Source of the DNA: Sedimentisphaerales bacterium | GTDB taxonomy: Bacteria; Planctomycetota; Phycisphaerae; Sedimentisphaerales; SM23-30 | DNA length: 64,000 nucleotides | NCBI GenBank assembly: GCA_963663965.2 | Contig: CAXXFK010000015.1 | Span: 235,415 to 299,414, forward strand | Reading direction: 5' to 3' | In this document: positions 35,093 through 46,922 of the stretch, piece after piece | Position numbering within the stretch: the first letter of the stretch is position 1 | Layout: each line of letters opens with the position of its first letter | Translations under genes and position numbers: made by a program | Notes under the pieces: model-generated | Seen by the model: the letters and a program-made list of their open reading frames with translations, nothing else | Database searches by the model: none | What the model was told of the DNA's origin: nothing

Positions 35093-37255
35093 ATGTCAGA
35101 ACAGATTTTTATTACCAAAGGGGGCATTACGGTAAAACGAACTCAGGTCTTTACCGATCCCGACTCAGCCATGACGGATGTTTATAAACGGATCGATCAG
35201 GCCAAAGGCTGCATCCTGGCCAGTGATTATGATTATCCCGGCCGTTACAGCCGGTGGGATATCGGCATCGTGGATCCCCCCGTCGAGATGGTCAGTACCG
35301 GCAGGGATTTTACCATGCGCGCCCTCAACGATCGCGGTATCGTATTGCTGCAAATGCTTCAATCCGTCATCACCGGCAATCCGGATATTGACTCTCACTC
35401 AATATCAGAACAAGAGATTTCCGCCCGGATCAAACCTGGCACCAATGACTTTCCTGAAGAGCTACGCAGTCGACAGCCCAGTGTTTTCTCAATTTTAAGA
35501 GCGCTATGCGACTTTTTGGCATGCGACGATGAGTTTTTAACCGTTTTTGGCGCATTTGGCTATGATCTGGTATTCCAATTCGAGCCCATCAACCTGAAAC
35601 ATGACAGATTAAATTCCGGACCTGATTGCCATTTGTTCCTGGCCGACAGGATATCCGCGATCGACCACCGTACGCAACAGGGATTCAAACTGGCCTATGA
35701 ATTTGAAGATATTCAAGGCCGATCTACCGAGAGACTTGCAGTAACTGGATTGAGAAGAAAACTGGAACGGACTATCACCACCACTGAAGTCAAATCAGAT
35801 CATCAACCGGATGAATACGCTGACAAAGTTCAGCAAATTCGCGAGGGATGCCATCGAGGTGATTTCTTCGAAGTCGTCCTGTCCCAGGAGTTCAGCGTCA
35901 AGTGCGGTTACTGGCCCACTGAAATATTCTCCCGCTTACGCAAACACAATCCCAGCCCCTACGATTTTCTATTTAACTTCGGCGATGAACAACTCATTGG
36001 CGCTTCGCCGGAAATGTTCGTGCGCGTCAAAAATGGCGAAGTGGAAACCTGCCCAATCAGCGGGACCATCAAACGGGGCGCCAATCCTATGGAAGATGCT
36101 GAAAATATTCAGAAACTGCTGGCGTCCCGCAAGGATGAATCAGAGCTGACCATGTGCACCGACGTGGATCGTAATGATAAATCCAGAATCTGTGAACCGG
36201 GATCGGTCCGGGTCATTGCCCGCCGATTAATTGAAACCTATTCCAAACTATTCCATACCGTTGATCATGTCAAAGGGACGCTGAAATCCGATTGCGACAT
36301 GTTTGACGCCTTCTTGTCCCATATGTGGGCTTGCACATTAACCGGCGCCCCCAAACCGATCGCCATGCAGACTATCGAAAATATGGAAAACAGCCCAAGA
36401 CGTTGGTATGGCGGCTGTGTTGGCCTGTTTACCATGAACGGTCAGCTCAATACCGGTATAACCATACGAACCGTACACTTGCAAAATGGCGTCGCAAAAG
36501 TAAGAGCCGGGGCCACACTGCTATATGACTCGAATCCCGCGGATGAAGAAATTGAAACCCGCGTCAAAGCCAGGGCTTTCATTGAAGCGGTTACCTCCAG
36601 AGATTATGAACGTGCGGATACCTGGATACCCGACCTGATTAAAGTACGAAAAGCCAATGTGCTTTTTGTCGATAATCGAGACAGCTTTGTCCATACCCTG
36701 GCCAACTATGTCCGCCAAACCGGCGTAGACGTGACAACCTTGCGTTGTGGATTCGATCCTGCCAGACTGGATGAACTCAAGCCTGACCTGGTTTTCATTT
36801 CACCCGGTCCGGGAACACCCGAACAATTGGGAGTTCCCAATCTGGTTGGAGAAGTGGTTAAACGCAACATCCCGTTAACCGGAGTCTGTCTTGGTCACCA
36901 GGGAATCGCGCAATATTTTGGCGCGGAACTGGGGGTTTTGGATGAACCGGTTCACGGCAAAGAATCATTTATCAAACACAACGAAACTGGAATTTTCAGA
37001 AATATACCCGATCCGTTCAAAGCCGGGCGCTATCACAGTCTATACGTTAAAAAAGAAGGATTACCAGATTGCCTCGAAGTACTTGCGGAATCGGATGATG
37101 GCGTTATAATGTCTATCAGGCATAAAACATTGCCCATTGTCTCGATTCAGTTTCATCCTGAATCGATCATGACATTGCAGGCGGATATCGGCTTGAAGAT
37201 TATTACGAACATTATCGAAGAGTTGACTCGTTCAAAAGGGGTAATGCCATGCTGA
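35093..37255 (+). CDS. trpE(G): Fused anthranilate synthase TrpE-TrpG
   Basis: PISGT, DVDRND, TGAPK; C-terminal GATase SPGPG, GVCLGHQ, QFHPES. Confidence 0.95.
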   Translation: MSEQIFITKGGITVKRTQVFTDPDSAMTDVYKRIDQAKGCILASDYDYPGRYSRWDIGIVDPPVEMVSTGRDFTMRALNDRGIVLLQMLQSVITGNPDIDSHSISEQEISARIKPGTNDFPEELRSRQPSVFSILRALCDFLACDDEFLTVFGAFGYDLVFQFEPINLKHDRLNSGPDCHLFLADRISAIDHRTQQGFKLAYEFEDIQGRSTERLAVTGLRRKLERTITTTEVKSDHQPDEYADKVQQIREGCHRGDFFEVVLSQEFSVKCGYWPTEIFSRLRKHNPSPYDFLFNFGDEQLIGASPEMFVRVKNGEVETCPISGTIKRGANPMEDAENIQKLLASRKDESELTMCTDVDRNDKSRICEPGSVRVIARRLIETYSKLFHTVDHVKGTLKSDCDMFDAFLSHMWACTLTGAPKPIAMQTIENMENSPRRWYGGCVGLFTMNGQLNTGITIRTVHLQNGVAKVRAGATLLYDSNPADEEIETRVKARAFIEAVTSRDYERADTWIPDLIKVRKANVLFVDNRDSFVHTLANYVRQTGVDVTTLRCGFDPARLDELKPDLVFISPGPGTPEQLGVPNLVGEVVKRNIPLTGVCLGHQGIAQYFGAELGVLDEPVHGKESFIKHNETGIFRNIPDPFKAGRYHSLYVKKEGLPDCLEVLAESDDGVIMSIRHKTLPIVSIQFHPESIMTLQADIGLKIITNIIEELTRSKGVMPC

Positions 37256-38259
37256 AAGATCTCACGGAAAAGTTAATTGCCGGCCACGATTTGTCTTTCG
37301 ATCTGGCACGCCAGGCAGTCGATACCATACTGGGAGGCAGTCAGTCCGAAGTAGCAATCGCCGGGTTCCTGACCGCTCTGGCGGCCAAAGGCGAATGCGC
37401 CGATGAAGTGGCAGGCATGGCCCAGGCGTTGCGTAATCACGCGGTAAAAGTGAATCCGCAACAGCGCCCGGTACTTGATATCGTTGGCACCGGTGGAGAT
37501 GGTCGCTGCACCTTCAATATCAGTACAACCTCAGCGTTTGTCCTGGCCGGCGCGGGAGTGTCGGTCGCCAAACATGGCAATCGCGCCATAACCAGCAAGT
37601 GTGGCGCCGCCGACCTTCTGGCTGGATTGGGTGTCAAACTCGATGCGGCTCCTGAAACGATTGCGCAATGCATAGACCAGGCGGGTATCGGATTTATGTT
37701 TGCCCCCATGCATCACCCTGCCATGAAATTTGTTCAACCGGTGCGGAAAGCGCTGGGATTTCGAACCGTTTTCAATATCCTGGGGCCGCTGGCCAATCCG
37801 GCATGCGCCGAGTGGATGGTGATCGGTGTCGCTCGAGAAAACCTGCTGGAAATGATGGCGCAAGCCCTGATCAAACTTGGAGTCAAACGGGCGATGGTTG
37901 TCAGCGGCGATGGAACGGATGAACTGGTTTTAAGCGGTGTAAACCATGTGATCGACCTGGCGGGAAACGAAACCCGTCGATATACGATTGAAGCCGATCA
38001 GTTGGGTTTGGCAAAAGGCGATATCGCGCAAATCACCAGCGATTCTCTGGAAAATAATTTGAAACTGACGCGAGGTGTTCTGGACGGCACGATATCCGGC
38101 GTCATACGCAATACGATTTTATTGAACGCTGCCGCCGGATTCTATGTGGCCGGTAAATGTCAGAGCGTAAAAGAAGGCCTTCCATTAGCCGCAAAATCGA
38201 TCGATACCGGTGCAGCGCTTGCCGCTTTGGAAAAAATGACAGCCATCTCAAATTCCTGA
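37249..38259 (+). CDS. trpD: Anthranilate phosphoribosyltransferase
   Basis: GTGGDG, NIST, KHGNR. Confidence 0.95.
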   Translation: MLKDLTEKLIAGHDLSFDLARQAVDTILGGSQSEVAIAGFLTALAAKGECADEVAGMAQALRNHAVKVNPQQRPVLDIVGTGGDGRCTFNISTTSAFVLAGAGVSVAKHGNRAITSKCGAADLLAGLGVKLDAAPETIAQCIDQAGIGFMFAPMHHPAMKFVQPVRKALGFRTVFNILGPLANPACAEWMVIGVARENLLEMMAQALIKLGVKRAMVVSGDGTDELVLSGVNHVIDLAGNETRRYTIEADQLGLAKGDIAQITSDSLENNLKLTRGVLDGTISGVIRNTILLNAAAGFYVAGKCQSVKEGLPLAAKSIDTGAALAALEKMTAISNS

Positions 38260-38261
38260 CC

Positions 38262-38888
38262 ATGAAACCTAAAATTAAAATATGTGGTATTACCAATCAT
38301 GACGATTTGCGCTTGACAGTTCAATTGGGCGCCGACTGGATAGGCTACAATTTCTATCCGCCCAGCCCGCGCAGCATCAGCTATCAACTTGCCGGCCAAT
38401 TGATCGATGAAAGCGGGGGATGCTCCATTGCAGTTGGATTATTTGTTAATGAATCATTAGATGAAATACGCCGGGCTTTGGATAGTTGCCCATTAAAGGT
38501 TATCCAGTTACACGGTAATGAAACTCCCGATTTTTGTCGACAGGTTAAGCACTTGGGAATCGAGGTCATGAAGGCGTTTCGGATTCGTGATTACAGGGAT
38601 CTTGCGTTGTTAAACACCTATGAGGTTGATTACTATCTGCTGGACGCATATCATCCCTCTCTTTATGGCGGAACAGGGGAATCGTTTGATTGGAGCTGGC
38701 TTAAAGACATTTCACCGGATCGGAAGCTTTTTCTTGCCGGAGGGATCAATCCGGATAATATATCGGAGGCCCTTACACTGGGAATGTATGGCATCGATTT
38801 ATGTAGTGGGATCGAACGTGACCCCGGTCATAAAGACCCGGAAAAGATGACCCGGTTATTTAATCAGATTAATCATGAAGTACCTTGA
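38262..38888 (+). CDS. trpF: Phosphoribosylanthranilate isomerase
   Basis: KICG, QLHG, GGTG.SFDW, LAGG. Confidence 0.93.
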   Translation: MKPKIKICGITNHDDLRLTVQLGADWIGYNFYPPSPRSISYQLAGQLIDESGGCSIAVGLFVNESLDEIRRALDSCPLKVIQLHGNETPDFCRQVKHLGIEVMKAFRIRDYRDLALLNTYEVDYYLLDAYHPSLYGGTGESFDWSWLKDISPDRKLFLAGGINPDNISEALTLGMYGIDLCSGIERDPGHKDPEKMTRLFNQINHEVP

Positions 38889-39492
38889 ATCGGTTTTGCT
38901 ATATGGCGGCACTTTTGATCCAATTCATGTGGGTCATATAGGTATTGCGCGTGAAGTTGCTTCAACATTGAATATCAGTAAAATCATATTGATTCCATCG
39001 GCTCGCCCGCCTCATAAAATCGCCAATCAAATTTCTGACTTCCAGGATCGTCTGGCCATGGTTCAACTGGCCACGGATAATGATCCATTGTTTTCAGTTT
39101 CGGATTGCGAAGCCAGACGCGAATGCCCCAGCTATACCCTGGAAACTGTTTTGGAATTCAGAAATCTATATCCTCCACCCACGACACTTTACTGGCTGAT
39201 CGGGGCAGATACAATACGAGATTTACCTGACTGGTATCGGGTTAAAGATCTGCTAAAGACCTGTATCATTGTCACCGCCCGACGACTGGGCTGCCCCGAC
39301 AACTATTCCTCATTATCGAAGGTATTTTCAAAAGCAGAAATCGAGTCTTTAAACCGGTACATTATTGATACACCTATTTTTAATGTTTCTTCTACCGAAA
39401 TAAGAACTAAAATCAAATCTGGTCAGCCCATTGCCGGGCTGGTTCCTCAATCCGTTGAAAGGTATATTCATCATCACAAATTATACCTTTAA
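38875..39492 (+). CDS. nadD: Nicotinate-nucleotide adenylyltransferase
   Basis: GGTFDPIHVGH, IGAD, SSTEIR. Confidence 0.93.
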   Translation: MKYLESVLLYGGTFDPIHVGHIGIAREVASTLNISKIILIPSARPPHKIANQISDFQDRLAMVQLATDNDPLFSVSDCEARRECPSYTLETVLEFRNLYPPPTTLYWLIGADTIRDLPDWYRVKDLLKTCIIVTARRLGCPDNYSSLSKVFSKAEIESLNRYIIDTPIFNVSSTEIRTKIKSGQPIAGLVPQSVERYIHHHKLYL

Positions 39493-39494
39493 TC

Positions 39495-39684
39495 GATTAA
39501 GGGTCCCGTATTTAAATAAATGCTGCATTTATCGCACAGCTTGTCGTCAGATTCAGACGCCCCGATTGAGCGAAACCACAGGCGGTGTTGTTCTATGTCG
39601 AGGATTTCGCGACGGAGAAGCGGCTGAAGATGGCGGCAAGATGGGATGAAAAATGAAGGTGTTATTTATTTTCGGTCCCTAATC
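39495..39684. mobile_element. MITE-like long imperfect palindrome
   Basis: Ends GATTAAGGGTCCCG.../...CGGTCCCTAATC; inner arms CTTGTCGTCAGATTCAG / CTGAAGATGGCGGCAAG pair imperfectly. Confidence 0.5.
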
Positions 39685-40004
39685 TCGATAAGCGACAAAA
39701 CAATATCTATGATCCAAATGATTAGATTACACAATTAAAATAAGTTGCAAGGGATGATTCAGGCGTTCTGCATGATGGTATTTATCGTAACCGTTTGTAA
39801 AACAAGAAGATATTATAGCTTTGGCGATCAGGTATTTATCTGGTTTACTCTTGGATATAAACTCTTCCAAAAATGAAAAATCTGGAATAAATCATTTTAA
39901 AATTGGATATAAAGCCAAAGTGAAGTTATAAATATTTTAGAAGACATAGATAACTTATATCTTAATTGGCTTATTAATTGATAAGAAATATCCTGGTGAT
40001 GTCA

Positions 40005-40583
40005 ATGCGATGTTTTATTGCTATTGAGTTAAATTCGGCTATTAAAAAATCTCTCAACGATTTAAAAGACGCTACCGAAAAAACCGTTTCATTGGACTAC
40101 AAGGCCATGCGCTGGATCAAACCGGAACATATGCATTTGACGCTCAAATTCCTGGGCGAGGTTGATGATGACATTGTACCGCCGGTTTGTCAGCTGATTA
40201 ATAAAATTGCTTCTGATACGTCTCGTTTTGATATTGAATTTGGCGGATTGGGATTTTTCCCATTACGCGGGCCGGCTAGAGTCTACTGGTGTGGCCTGAA
40301 GTCCGGCCTTGAACCGCTCAAAAATCTGCAATCGATTATCGACCATTCACTGACAGACTTAAACATCTCCCCCGAAAAACAGGCTTGGTCGCCCCATTTA
40401 ACCCTTGCACGCATAAACATGGCGCAAACCGGTAAAACCATACGCAGAATACCTGATTCACTTTTTGACAATACTTGCAAAAAGCCCCTGATTCAAACCG
40501 TCGATTCCATCATGGTATTCGAAAGTGAATTATCCCGTCAAGGACCGGTTTACACCCCGCTCCATCAGGCCAGATTAATCTGA
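40005..40583 (+). CDS. thpR: RNA 2',3'-cyclic phosphodiesterase
   Basis: MRCFIAI; two HxT motifs (HLTLKFLG, PHLTLAR). Confidence 0.9.
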   Translation: MRCFIAIELNSAIKKSLNDLKDATEKTVSLDYKAMRWIKPEHMHLTLKFLGEVDDDIVPPVCQLINKIASDTSRFDIEFGGLGFFPLRGPARVYWCGLKSGLEPLKNLQSIIDHSLTDLNISPEKQAWSPHLTLARINMAQTGKTIRRIPDSLFDNTCKKPLIQTVDSIMVFESELSRQGPVYTPLHQARLI

Positions 40584-40968
40584 TTTAATGTCCCAGACTT
40601 GGATATGCGATTTTATAAACAATCCGGCTATTTCTAAATTCATCTCACATCACAGGGGATTAATCATTTCTCACTAGATCATTGCTTTATGGCTGAATAG
40701 GGCTAAAATATGATCGTCTATTTTATGATGAGCGTAAAATAAATATATATTCTTCCCCGATGCCGGCTAATTTGCCGGATTAACAAAAAATAAAGTAGGT
40801 ACTGACATAATAACTAAAACCGACCCGCACCTGACCACACAGAAATTGAATGGTATTTATAGAGTGACAAAGTGAAAATTTTTGGGAATAACAATTAAGC
40901 AAATACACGTGAATCCCTCAGCTTGAATGATCGCCTGAATTAGACAACTTATAACATAATAACCCATT

Positions 40969-41922
40969 ATGACACAAGAAGATACAACCATTAAAACTCC
41001 CCGTCGGGGCCAGTATTTCGCTGAGATCGTCGATCATAAACCCTATGCGATCGATCACATGCAATTACAGCTTAAATTAACGGAAATTGCCGCCCTGGCC
41101 TTTCGAAAAGCCAGACCCGGGCAGTTTATCCAGATCACCTGTCACGACTTGAATCATGATCGCACTTACACCCCCCTGCTCCGCCGCCCAATCAGCATCG
41201 CCGATCTGGACATTAACGAGGATAGTTGTATAGTTACTATTATATATCGTATCGTCGGGCCGGGTACCACTTGGCTGTCAGAACGTAAAGTCGGTGAAAA
41301 AATCGACATACTGGGGCCCTTAGGGCAACCGTTTAAACTTCCCCAGGACAAAAACCAGAAATGTATATTACTTGGCGGCGGTATCGGACTGCCCCCTATG
41401 TTCTTTCTGGCCCATACGCTGCAACAGGAAGGGTACGAAAATCGCCTGGCCTTCGCGGCCGCACGCGGCCATACCAATTTGCAAAACAGCTTTCTGATGG
41501 ATGCAATCGATCCCGAACACCCCCTGAAACCGGGCCTGTCCCAGATCAATTTCAACCAGAGCCAAACCCTGTCTATACTAGCCACTGATGATGGCACCTG
41601 TGGATTTCATGGTACCATTGTCGATGCGCTTTATCTTTTTCTGAAATTGAATCCCGATTGGGAAGATACCCATTTGTTCGCCTGCGGCCCCAAACCCATG
41701 TTGCGCGCGATCGGACAATTTTCTATTGAACGTCGAATGCCCTGCCAGGTATGCCTGGAAGCCTATATGGCCTGCGGCATTGGCCTCTGCCAGTCCTGCG
41801 CAGTCGCCTTTAACGACCTGGAAGATATCAACGCCTCGATCAAAGATGCTAAATATAAGCTGGTTTGTGTCAACGGACCAGTTTTCAACGCCTGGAACGT
41901 TGATTGGGAAGAGGACTATTAA
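40969..41922 (+). CDS. pyrK: Dihydroorotate dehydrogenase electron transfer subunit
   Basis: LRRPIS, GGGIG, ACGP, MACGIGLCQSC..CVNGP. Confidence 0.9.
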   Translation: MTQEDTTIKTPRRGQYFAEIVDHKPYAIDHMQLQLKLTEIAALAFRKARPGQFIQITCHDLNHDRTYTPLLRRPISIADLDINEDSCIVTIIYRIVGPGTTWLSERKVGEKIDILGPLGQPFKLPQDKNQKCILLGGGIGLPPMFFLAHTLQQEGYENRLAFAAARGHTNLQNSFLMDAIDPEHPLKPGLSQINFNQSQTLSILATDDGTCGFHGTIVDALYLFLKLNPDWEDTHLFACGPKPMLRAIGQFSIERRMPCQVCLEAYMACGIGLCQSCAVAFNDLEDINASIKDAKYKLVCVNGPVFNAWNVDWEEDY

Positions 41923-41976
41923 CTTATTTTTGAATTGACCACTTGGTAAAATTCAATTTTAACTACAAGGACAATA

Positions 41977-42921
41977 ATGACCGTTCAAAATACCGATAAC
42001 ACCCTGTCCGTTTCTTTAGGGCAGATCCAACTCAATAATCCGATATTAACCGCCTCCGGGACATGCGGTTATTGTTTTGAGCTCATGGACTTTTTTGATC
42101 TGAATCATTTGGGTGGATTTATCACTAAAAGCATTACCCCGGAACCAAGACTTGGCAATCCCCCTCAACGGACCTGTGAAACACCTGCTGGTCTGATTAA
42201 TGCCATTGGATTGGCCAATGTCGGATTGGATAAATTTTGCGAAGAAAAAATCCCTTTGCTGGAACGGATGACAATCCCCGTTTTTGTTAATGTCGCCGGG
42301 AAAACAGTGAATGACTATTTGATTGTCGCGGAACGCATCAGCCAGATCCCTCACATTGCCGGTCTGGAAATCAATGTCAGTTGTCCCAATGTCAAAGAAG
42401 GCGGTATCAGCTTCGGAACCGATCCCAAATCGGTCTATGATCTTGTCTGTCAAATACGTAAACGATGTCCAGACACTTATCTGATTGTTAAGCTGACACC
42501 CAATGTCACCGATATCTGCGTCCCGGCTCGTGCCGCGATTGATGCCGGCGCCAATTGCCTGAGCCTGGTCAATACGTTTGTTGGCATGGCGATCGACATC
42601 CATGCCCGCCGCCCGGTGCTTGCCAACAGAACCGGCGGCTTAAGCGGCCCAGCCATCAAACCCATGGCCGTTTATCTGGTCAACAAAGTTTATCAGCAGG
42701 TGGCCAGGCCTTCTAATATTCCTCTCATTGGTTTGGGAGGCATCAGTTGCGCCGACGATGTCGTCGAATTTATGCTCGCCGGCGCCAGCGCGGTTTCAGT
42801 TGGAACTCATATGATGATCAACCCGGCCTGCCTGGAAACCATTCTTACCGGATTGCGAAACTATATGCAGCAATATCAAATGAATAATATACGTGACCTG
42901 ACCGGGGCTCTATGCGAGTAG
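41977..42921 (+). CDS. pyrD: Dihydroorotate dehydrogenase 1B catalytic subunit
   Basis: ASGT, NVSCPN, KLTPN, GGLSG.AIKP. Confidence 0.95.
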   Translation: MTVQNTDNTLSVSLGQIQLNNPILTASGTCGYCFELMDFFDLNHLGGFITKSITPEPRLGNPPQRTCETPAGLINAIGLANVGLDKFCEEKIPLLERMTIPVFVNVAGKTVNDYLIVAERISQIPHIAGLEINVSCPNVKEGGISFGTDPKSVYDLVCQIRKRCPDTYLIVKLTPNVTDICVPARAAIDAGANCLSLVNTFVGMAIDIHARRPVLANRTGGLSGPAIKPMAVYLVNKVYQQVARPSNIPLIGLGGISCADDVVEFMLAGASAVSVGTHMMINPACLETILTGLRNYMQQYQMNNIRDLTGALCE

Positions 42922-42922
42922 A

Positions 42923-43225
42923 GTGAATACGATGAATGAACGCCTCCAGCTTTTACGAGATTATTTTCCGACGGCCATTTATACGGGCAAGGCTTTGGTT
43001 TTTATCAGCGAAGAACACCGGGTCGAACTGACGGAATTACCCTCCCGGCATTTTACCGGTTCAAATCCCGCCTCTATCCGCGTTCGCCTGTATATCCGTA
43101 ATAACAATGGTGAATTCACCGGGGGCCACTACGAAGACTTCGAAATTGATGATATCCATGACCTGGCCGGTGAAATCGAAAAATTCGTCCAGTTTTCAGT
43201 GGGAAGGAATATTAAAGAATTATAA
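42923..43225 (+). CDS. Hypothetical protein
   Basis: ~100-aa ORF abutting pyrD. Confidence 0.55.
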   Translation: MNTMNERLQLLRDYFPTAIYTGKALVFISEEHRVELTELPSRHFTGSNPASIRVRLYIRNNNGEFTGGHYEDFEIDDIHDLAGEIEKFVQFSVGRNIKEL

Positions 43226-43303
43226 AAATACCCGTGCGCCGGTCTGGATTTTCTTCCGTTTCTTTTATGGCAGGATATCACAAGGCCTGTGGTCTGTACC
43301 GTG

Positions 43304-44344
43304 CTATTTTTGTCGAAATGAGGATGGCGTTTTTCCGGTATGCCGTTTGAAAACCGTCGCAAAATACTGGCTGGAATCAAATCCACAATGCATGGCGATA
43401 TCCGTTATAGTCCGATCCGGATAGTTCTTCATGATCCGTTGGGCCATCTCTATGCGACAATGGTTCAGATACTCAGCCGGAGTCATATTCGTGATCAATT
43501 TGCAATGATGGGCGAATCGGCTTCGCCCCAGGTTGCAATGGCTCGCCATTTCATTCAGCGTCCAGGGATAATTCAAATGTTTTGGTAAAGCCGCCAGAAA
43601 CATTTCTACACTGCGCCGGGTCGAGGCAAGATGGGCATCCAGTTCAATATTCTTTTTCTGCAATAACTCATAGAGCTCTATCAGCAAAGAATTTATATAG
43701 AATTTCAACCGGGTATGAACCCTCTCGGGCTCTTGCTCTTCAGTAAGCAATGCAATATTTTCAAAACATTCTTCCACTTTGGCATTTCCCTGCCAGACCG
43801 GATACTCATTATATCGCAACATTTCAGTGAACCGTGATAGATCCTGAGGCGAAAAAATCAGCCAGTCCGGCCATTTCCAGGTTTCATTGGGACGACGGAC
43901 GCCAACATCAAGAATTAGCCAATGCATGCGACTGGCAGTGATACTCGGATTACCCACTTTATGGGGTTGCCAGGGTCTGGTAAGCGTCAAATGACCGCTG
44001 GTCAGCGGATAGACACTTTCATTGACGACAAAATCCAGCTTGCCGCGGGTTAAATATCCAATTTCAAGACCTTCATTTCGATGGGTCTCCAAACCCCAGT
44101 TCTGATTGGTTTTCGCGTCCCATACACAGGCCAGGCATAATTCTGGAAGCATACGGACCGGTAATGCCGTTCCCGGATAACAGTTACGGCCAAATCCGTT
44201 TAAAACCAGCTCATGATTCCTGGCTGCGGTTTTTAATGGTTCGCAAGTATCGGCACGATAAATAATATCTGTGTCATAAAATATTGCAGGAGCCGTTCTT
44301 ATATCTTTTTTCGGATTCATGACTTCTTGGATTAGAATATGCAA
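43304..44344 (-). CDS. AraC-family regulator
   Basis: Cupin HRNEGLE; C-terminal ITDIA..CGF.SSQYF..VFKR. Confidence 0.9.
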   Translation of the reverse strand: MHILIQEVMNPKKDIRTAPAIFYDTDIIYRADTCEPLKTAARNHELVLNGFGRNCYPGTALPVRMLPELCLACVWDAKTNQNWGLETHRNEGLEIGYLTRGKLDFVVNESVYPLTSGHLTLTRPWQPHKVGNPSITASRMHWLILDVGVRRPNETWKWPDWLIFSPQDLSRFTEMLRYNEYPVWQGNAKVEECFENIALLTEEQEPERVHTRLKFYINSLLIELYELLQKKNIELDAHLASTRRSVEMFLAALPKHLNYPWTLNEMASHCNLGRSRFAHHCKLITNMTPAEYLNHCRIEMAQRIMKNYPDRTITDIAMHCGFDSSQYFATVFKRHTGKTPSSFRQK

Positions 44345-44653
44345 ATTTTACCAATGTTTAATTTTAGTAGATAATGAACAGTCTGTCCAATATTATTTTC
44401 AATATTCAGTCTATTCGTGAATCTCAAGACAACCGAACCTTCTCGGCATGGATTACAAATTCAACACCTAAGTAAATGAAGGATCAAAAAATAGGGACAA
44501 ATTTTAATACATATGGTTGACGGCATCAGCCCTACAAGTTTACAATTGCCTTTGACCTTATCCATCCTGATCTTTCTGGCCTGATTGCAATAAAATCGGG
44601 ACTTATGTGTTTGTTTTAGTACTAAATGGACATTTATCGCGAAAGGAATCATT

Positions 44654-45823
44654 ATGACAATTAACCGTAAACTGAGAATGGGAATGATTGGCGGCGGACC
44701 GGGTGCTTTCATTGGTGAAGTCCACAGAAAAGCAGCCCGAATGGATGGCCAGATTGAACTGGTGGCCGGCGCTTTTGACATCGATCCCAAAAAATCGATA
44801 AAAATGGGCAAGGAATTATATCTGAATCCCAAACGCGCTTATGGTACCTATACCGAAATGATCGAAACCGAACTGGCGCTTCCTGCTGAAGAACGCATTG
44901 ATTTTGTGACCATTACTACCCCCAATAACTGGCATTTCCCCATCGCCCGTGATTTTCTTAAAGCGGGTTTCCATGTCATGTGCGAAAAACCCATGACCTT
45001 CAATGTGGCAGAAGCGCGCCAGCTCAATCAACTGGTCAAAAAAACCGGCAAAGTTTTCGGTTTAATGCACAATTACACGGGTTATCCGATGGTCAAACTG
45101 GCCAAAGACATGGTCAAACAAGGCGATCTGGGTAATATCCGCAAAATTATCGTACAATATCCCCAGGGTTGGCTGGCCAGGTTTATCGACAAACAGTCCA
45201 TGCAGGCATCCTGGCGCACCGATCCCAAACAGAGCGGCGCCGCCGGTAGCATGGGCGACATTGGCACTCACGCCGAAAACCTGGCCGAATACATTACCGG
45301 CCTGAAAATCACTCATCTCTGCGCCGACCTGAATATTTTTGTCAAGGGACGGCGGTTGGATGACGATGGCAATTGCCTGCTCAAATTCAATAATGGCGCC
45401 AGCGGTATTCTCCATGCCAGCCAGATCTCTATCGGTGAAGAAAACGGCCTGGCGATCTGGGTATACGGGGAAAAGAAATCTCTGGAGTGGCATCAGGAAC
45501 ATCCCAATTATCTATACGTCAAAGAACCGGACGGCCCCGTACAAGTCTGGCGCCGGGGTAATGAATACATCACCAAAAAAAGTCCTGCGGCGGGTCGCGC
45601 CACACGGCTGCCATCCGGCCACCCGGAAGCATTCTTTGAAGCATTTGCTAATAACTATGCTAATTTTGCCGAAACCGTTAAAGCCAATATTGAAGGCAAG
45701 AAACCCAGTCCGCTGGCCCTGGATTTCCCCAATGTTGAAGATGGACTGCGCGGGATGCTCTTCATCGAAACAGTGGTTGCCGCTGGCAAATCCAAACAGA
45801 AATGGACCCCCTTTAAGAAATAA
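44654..45823 (+). CDS. Gfo/Idh/MocA oxidoreductase (cytoplasmic)
   Basis: GMIGGG, CEKP, DIGTH. Confidence 0.9.
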   Translation: MTINRKLRMGMIGGGPGAFIGEVHRKAARMDGQIELVAGAFDIDPKKSIKMGKELYLNPKRAYGTYTEMIETELALPAEERIDFVTITTPNNWHFPIARDFLKAGFHVMCEKPMTFNVAEARQLNQLVKKTGKVFGLMHNYTGYPMVKLAKDMVKQGDLGNIRKIIVQYPQGWLARFIDKQSMQASWRTDPKQSGAAGSMGDIGTHAENLAEYITGLKITHLCADLNIFVKGRRLDDDGNCLLKFNNGASGILHASQISIGEENGLAIWVYGEKKSLEWHQEHPNYLYVKEPDGPVQVWRRGNEYITKKSPAAGRATRLPSGHPEAFFEAFANNYANFAETVKANIEGKKPSPLALDFPNVEDGLRGMLFIETVVAAGKSKQKWTPFKK

Positions 45824-45847
45824 ACTCAATTAACTGGAGACCTGAAC

Positions 45848-46843
45848 ATGGCAAGACCTGTAACTCTCTTCACCGGTCAGTGGGCCGATTTACCACTGAA
45901 AGAACTCGCCGCCACCGCTGCCGATTTCGGCTATGACGGATTGGAATTAGCCTGTTGGGGCGACCATATGGACGTCAATAAAGCCGCCACGGACAAGGCT
46001 TATTGCGAAAAACAAATTAAAATCCTTTCCGATAATAATCTCCAGGTATTCGCGATCAGTCACCATCTGGCCGGACAACTCGTTTGCGACCTGAATAACG
46101 ATAGCCGTTCCGATGGCTTTGCCCCGGCTGATTGCGCCGGTAATGCTGAAAAGAAACGTGCCTGGGCCGTTGAAACCATGAAAAACGCCGCCCGGGCCGC
46201 CAAAAACCTCGGCCTTAAAGTCGTAAACGGCTTTACCGGATCATCCATCTGGCATATGCTCTATAGTTTCCCTCCGGTGACGGAACAGATGATTGAGGAC
46301 GGCTTCAAATATTTCGCGCAGATGTGGAATCCCATCCTTGATGTCTATGATGAATGCGATGTCAAATTCGCTCTCGAAGTTCACCCGACTGAAATTGCCT
46401 TCGATATCGTTACCGCCAGACGCGCTCTGGAAGCCGTTGGAAATCGTGAAGCCTTTGGGTTCAATTTCGATCCCAGCCATCTGCACTGGCAGATGGTCGA
46501 TCCGGCCCTGTTTATCCATGAATTCAAGGATCGGATCTATCACGTCCATATGAAAGATGCCGCATTACAATTGAACGGCTATCGCGGCATTCTTGCTTCT
46601 CATTTGAATTTTGGCAACCCCAACCGTGGTTGGGATTTTCGATCTCTCGGTCATGGTGGTGTGGATTTTGAAGAAATTATCCGTGCCCTCAATCATATCG
46701 GTTACAATGGCCCGCTCTCTGTCGAATGGGAAGACTGCGGCATGAACCGGTTGCGCGGCGCCCGCGAAGCATGTCAGTTCGTCAAGGATATCGATTTCAG
46801 TCCATCCGATGTCGTGTTTGACGAAGCCTTCGATAAGAAATAA
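45848..46843 (+). CDS. Xylose-isomerase-like TIM barrel (sugar phosphate isomerase/IolE-like)
   Basis: LEVHP, FDPSH, HVHMKD, SVEWED. Confidence 0.88.
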   Translation: MARPVTLFTGQWADLPLKELAATAADFGYDGLELACWGDHMDVNKAATDKAYCEKQIKILSDNNLQVFAISHHLAGQLVCDLNNDSRSDGFAPADCAGNAEKKRAWAVETMKNAARAAKNLGLKVVNGFTGSSIWHMLYSFPPVTEQMIEDGFKYFAQMWNPILDVYDECDVKFALEVHPTEIAFDIVTARRALEAVGNREAFGFNFDPSHLHWQMVDPALFIHEFKDRIYHVHMKDAALQLNGYRGILASHLNFGNPNRGWDFRSLGHGGVDFEEIIRALNHIGYNGPLSVEWEDCGMNRLRGAREACQFVKDIDFSPSDVVFDEAFDKK

Positions 46844-46922
46844 GAAACCTTGGGCGGTGTATCTTTCCGGATACGCCGCCTTTCTCTTTTTATCATAATA
46901 CTTCTTTCAGGGAGTGCTTTTC

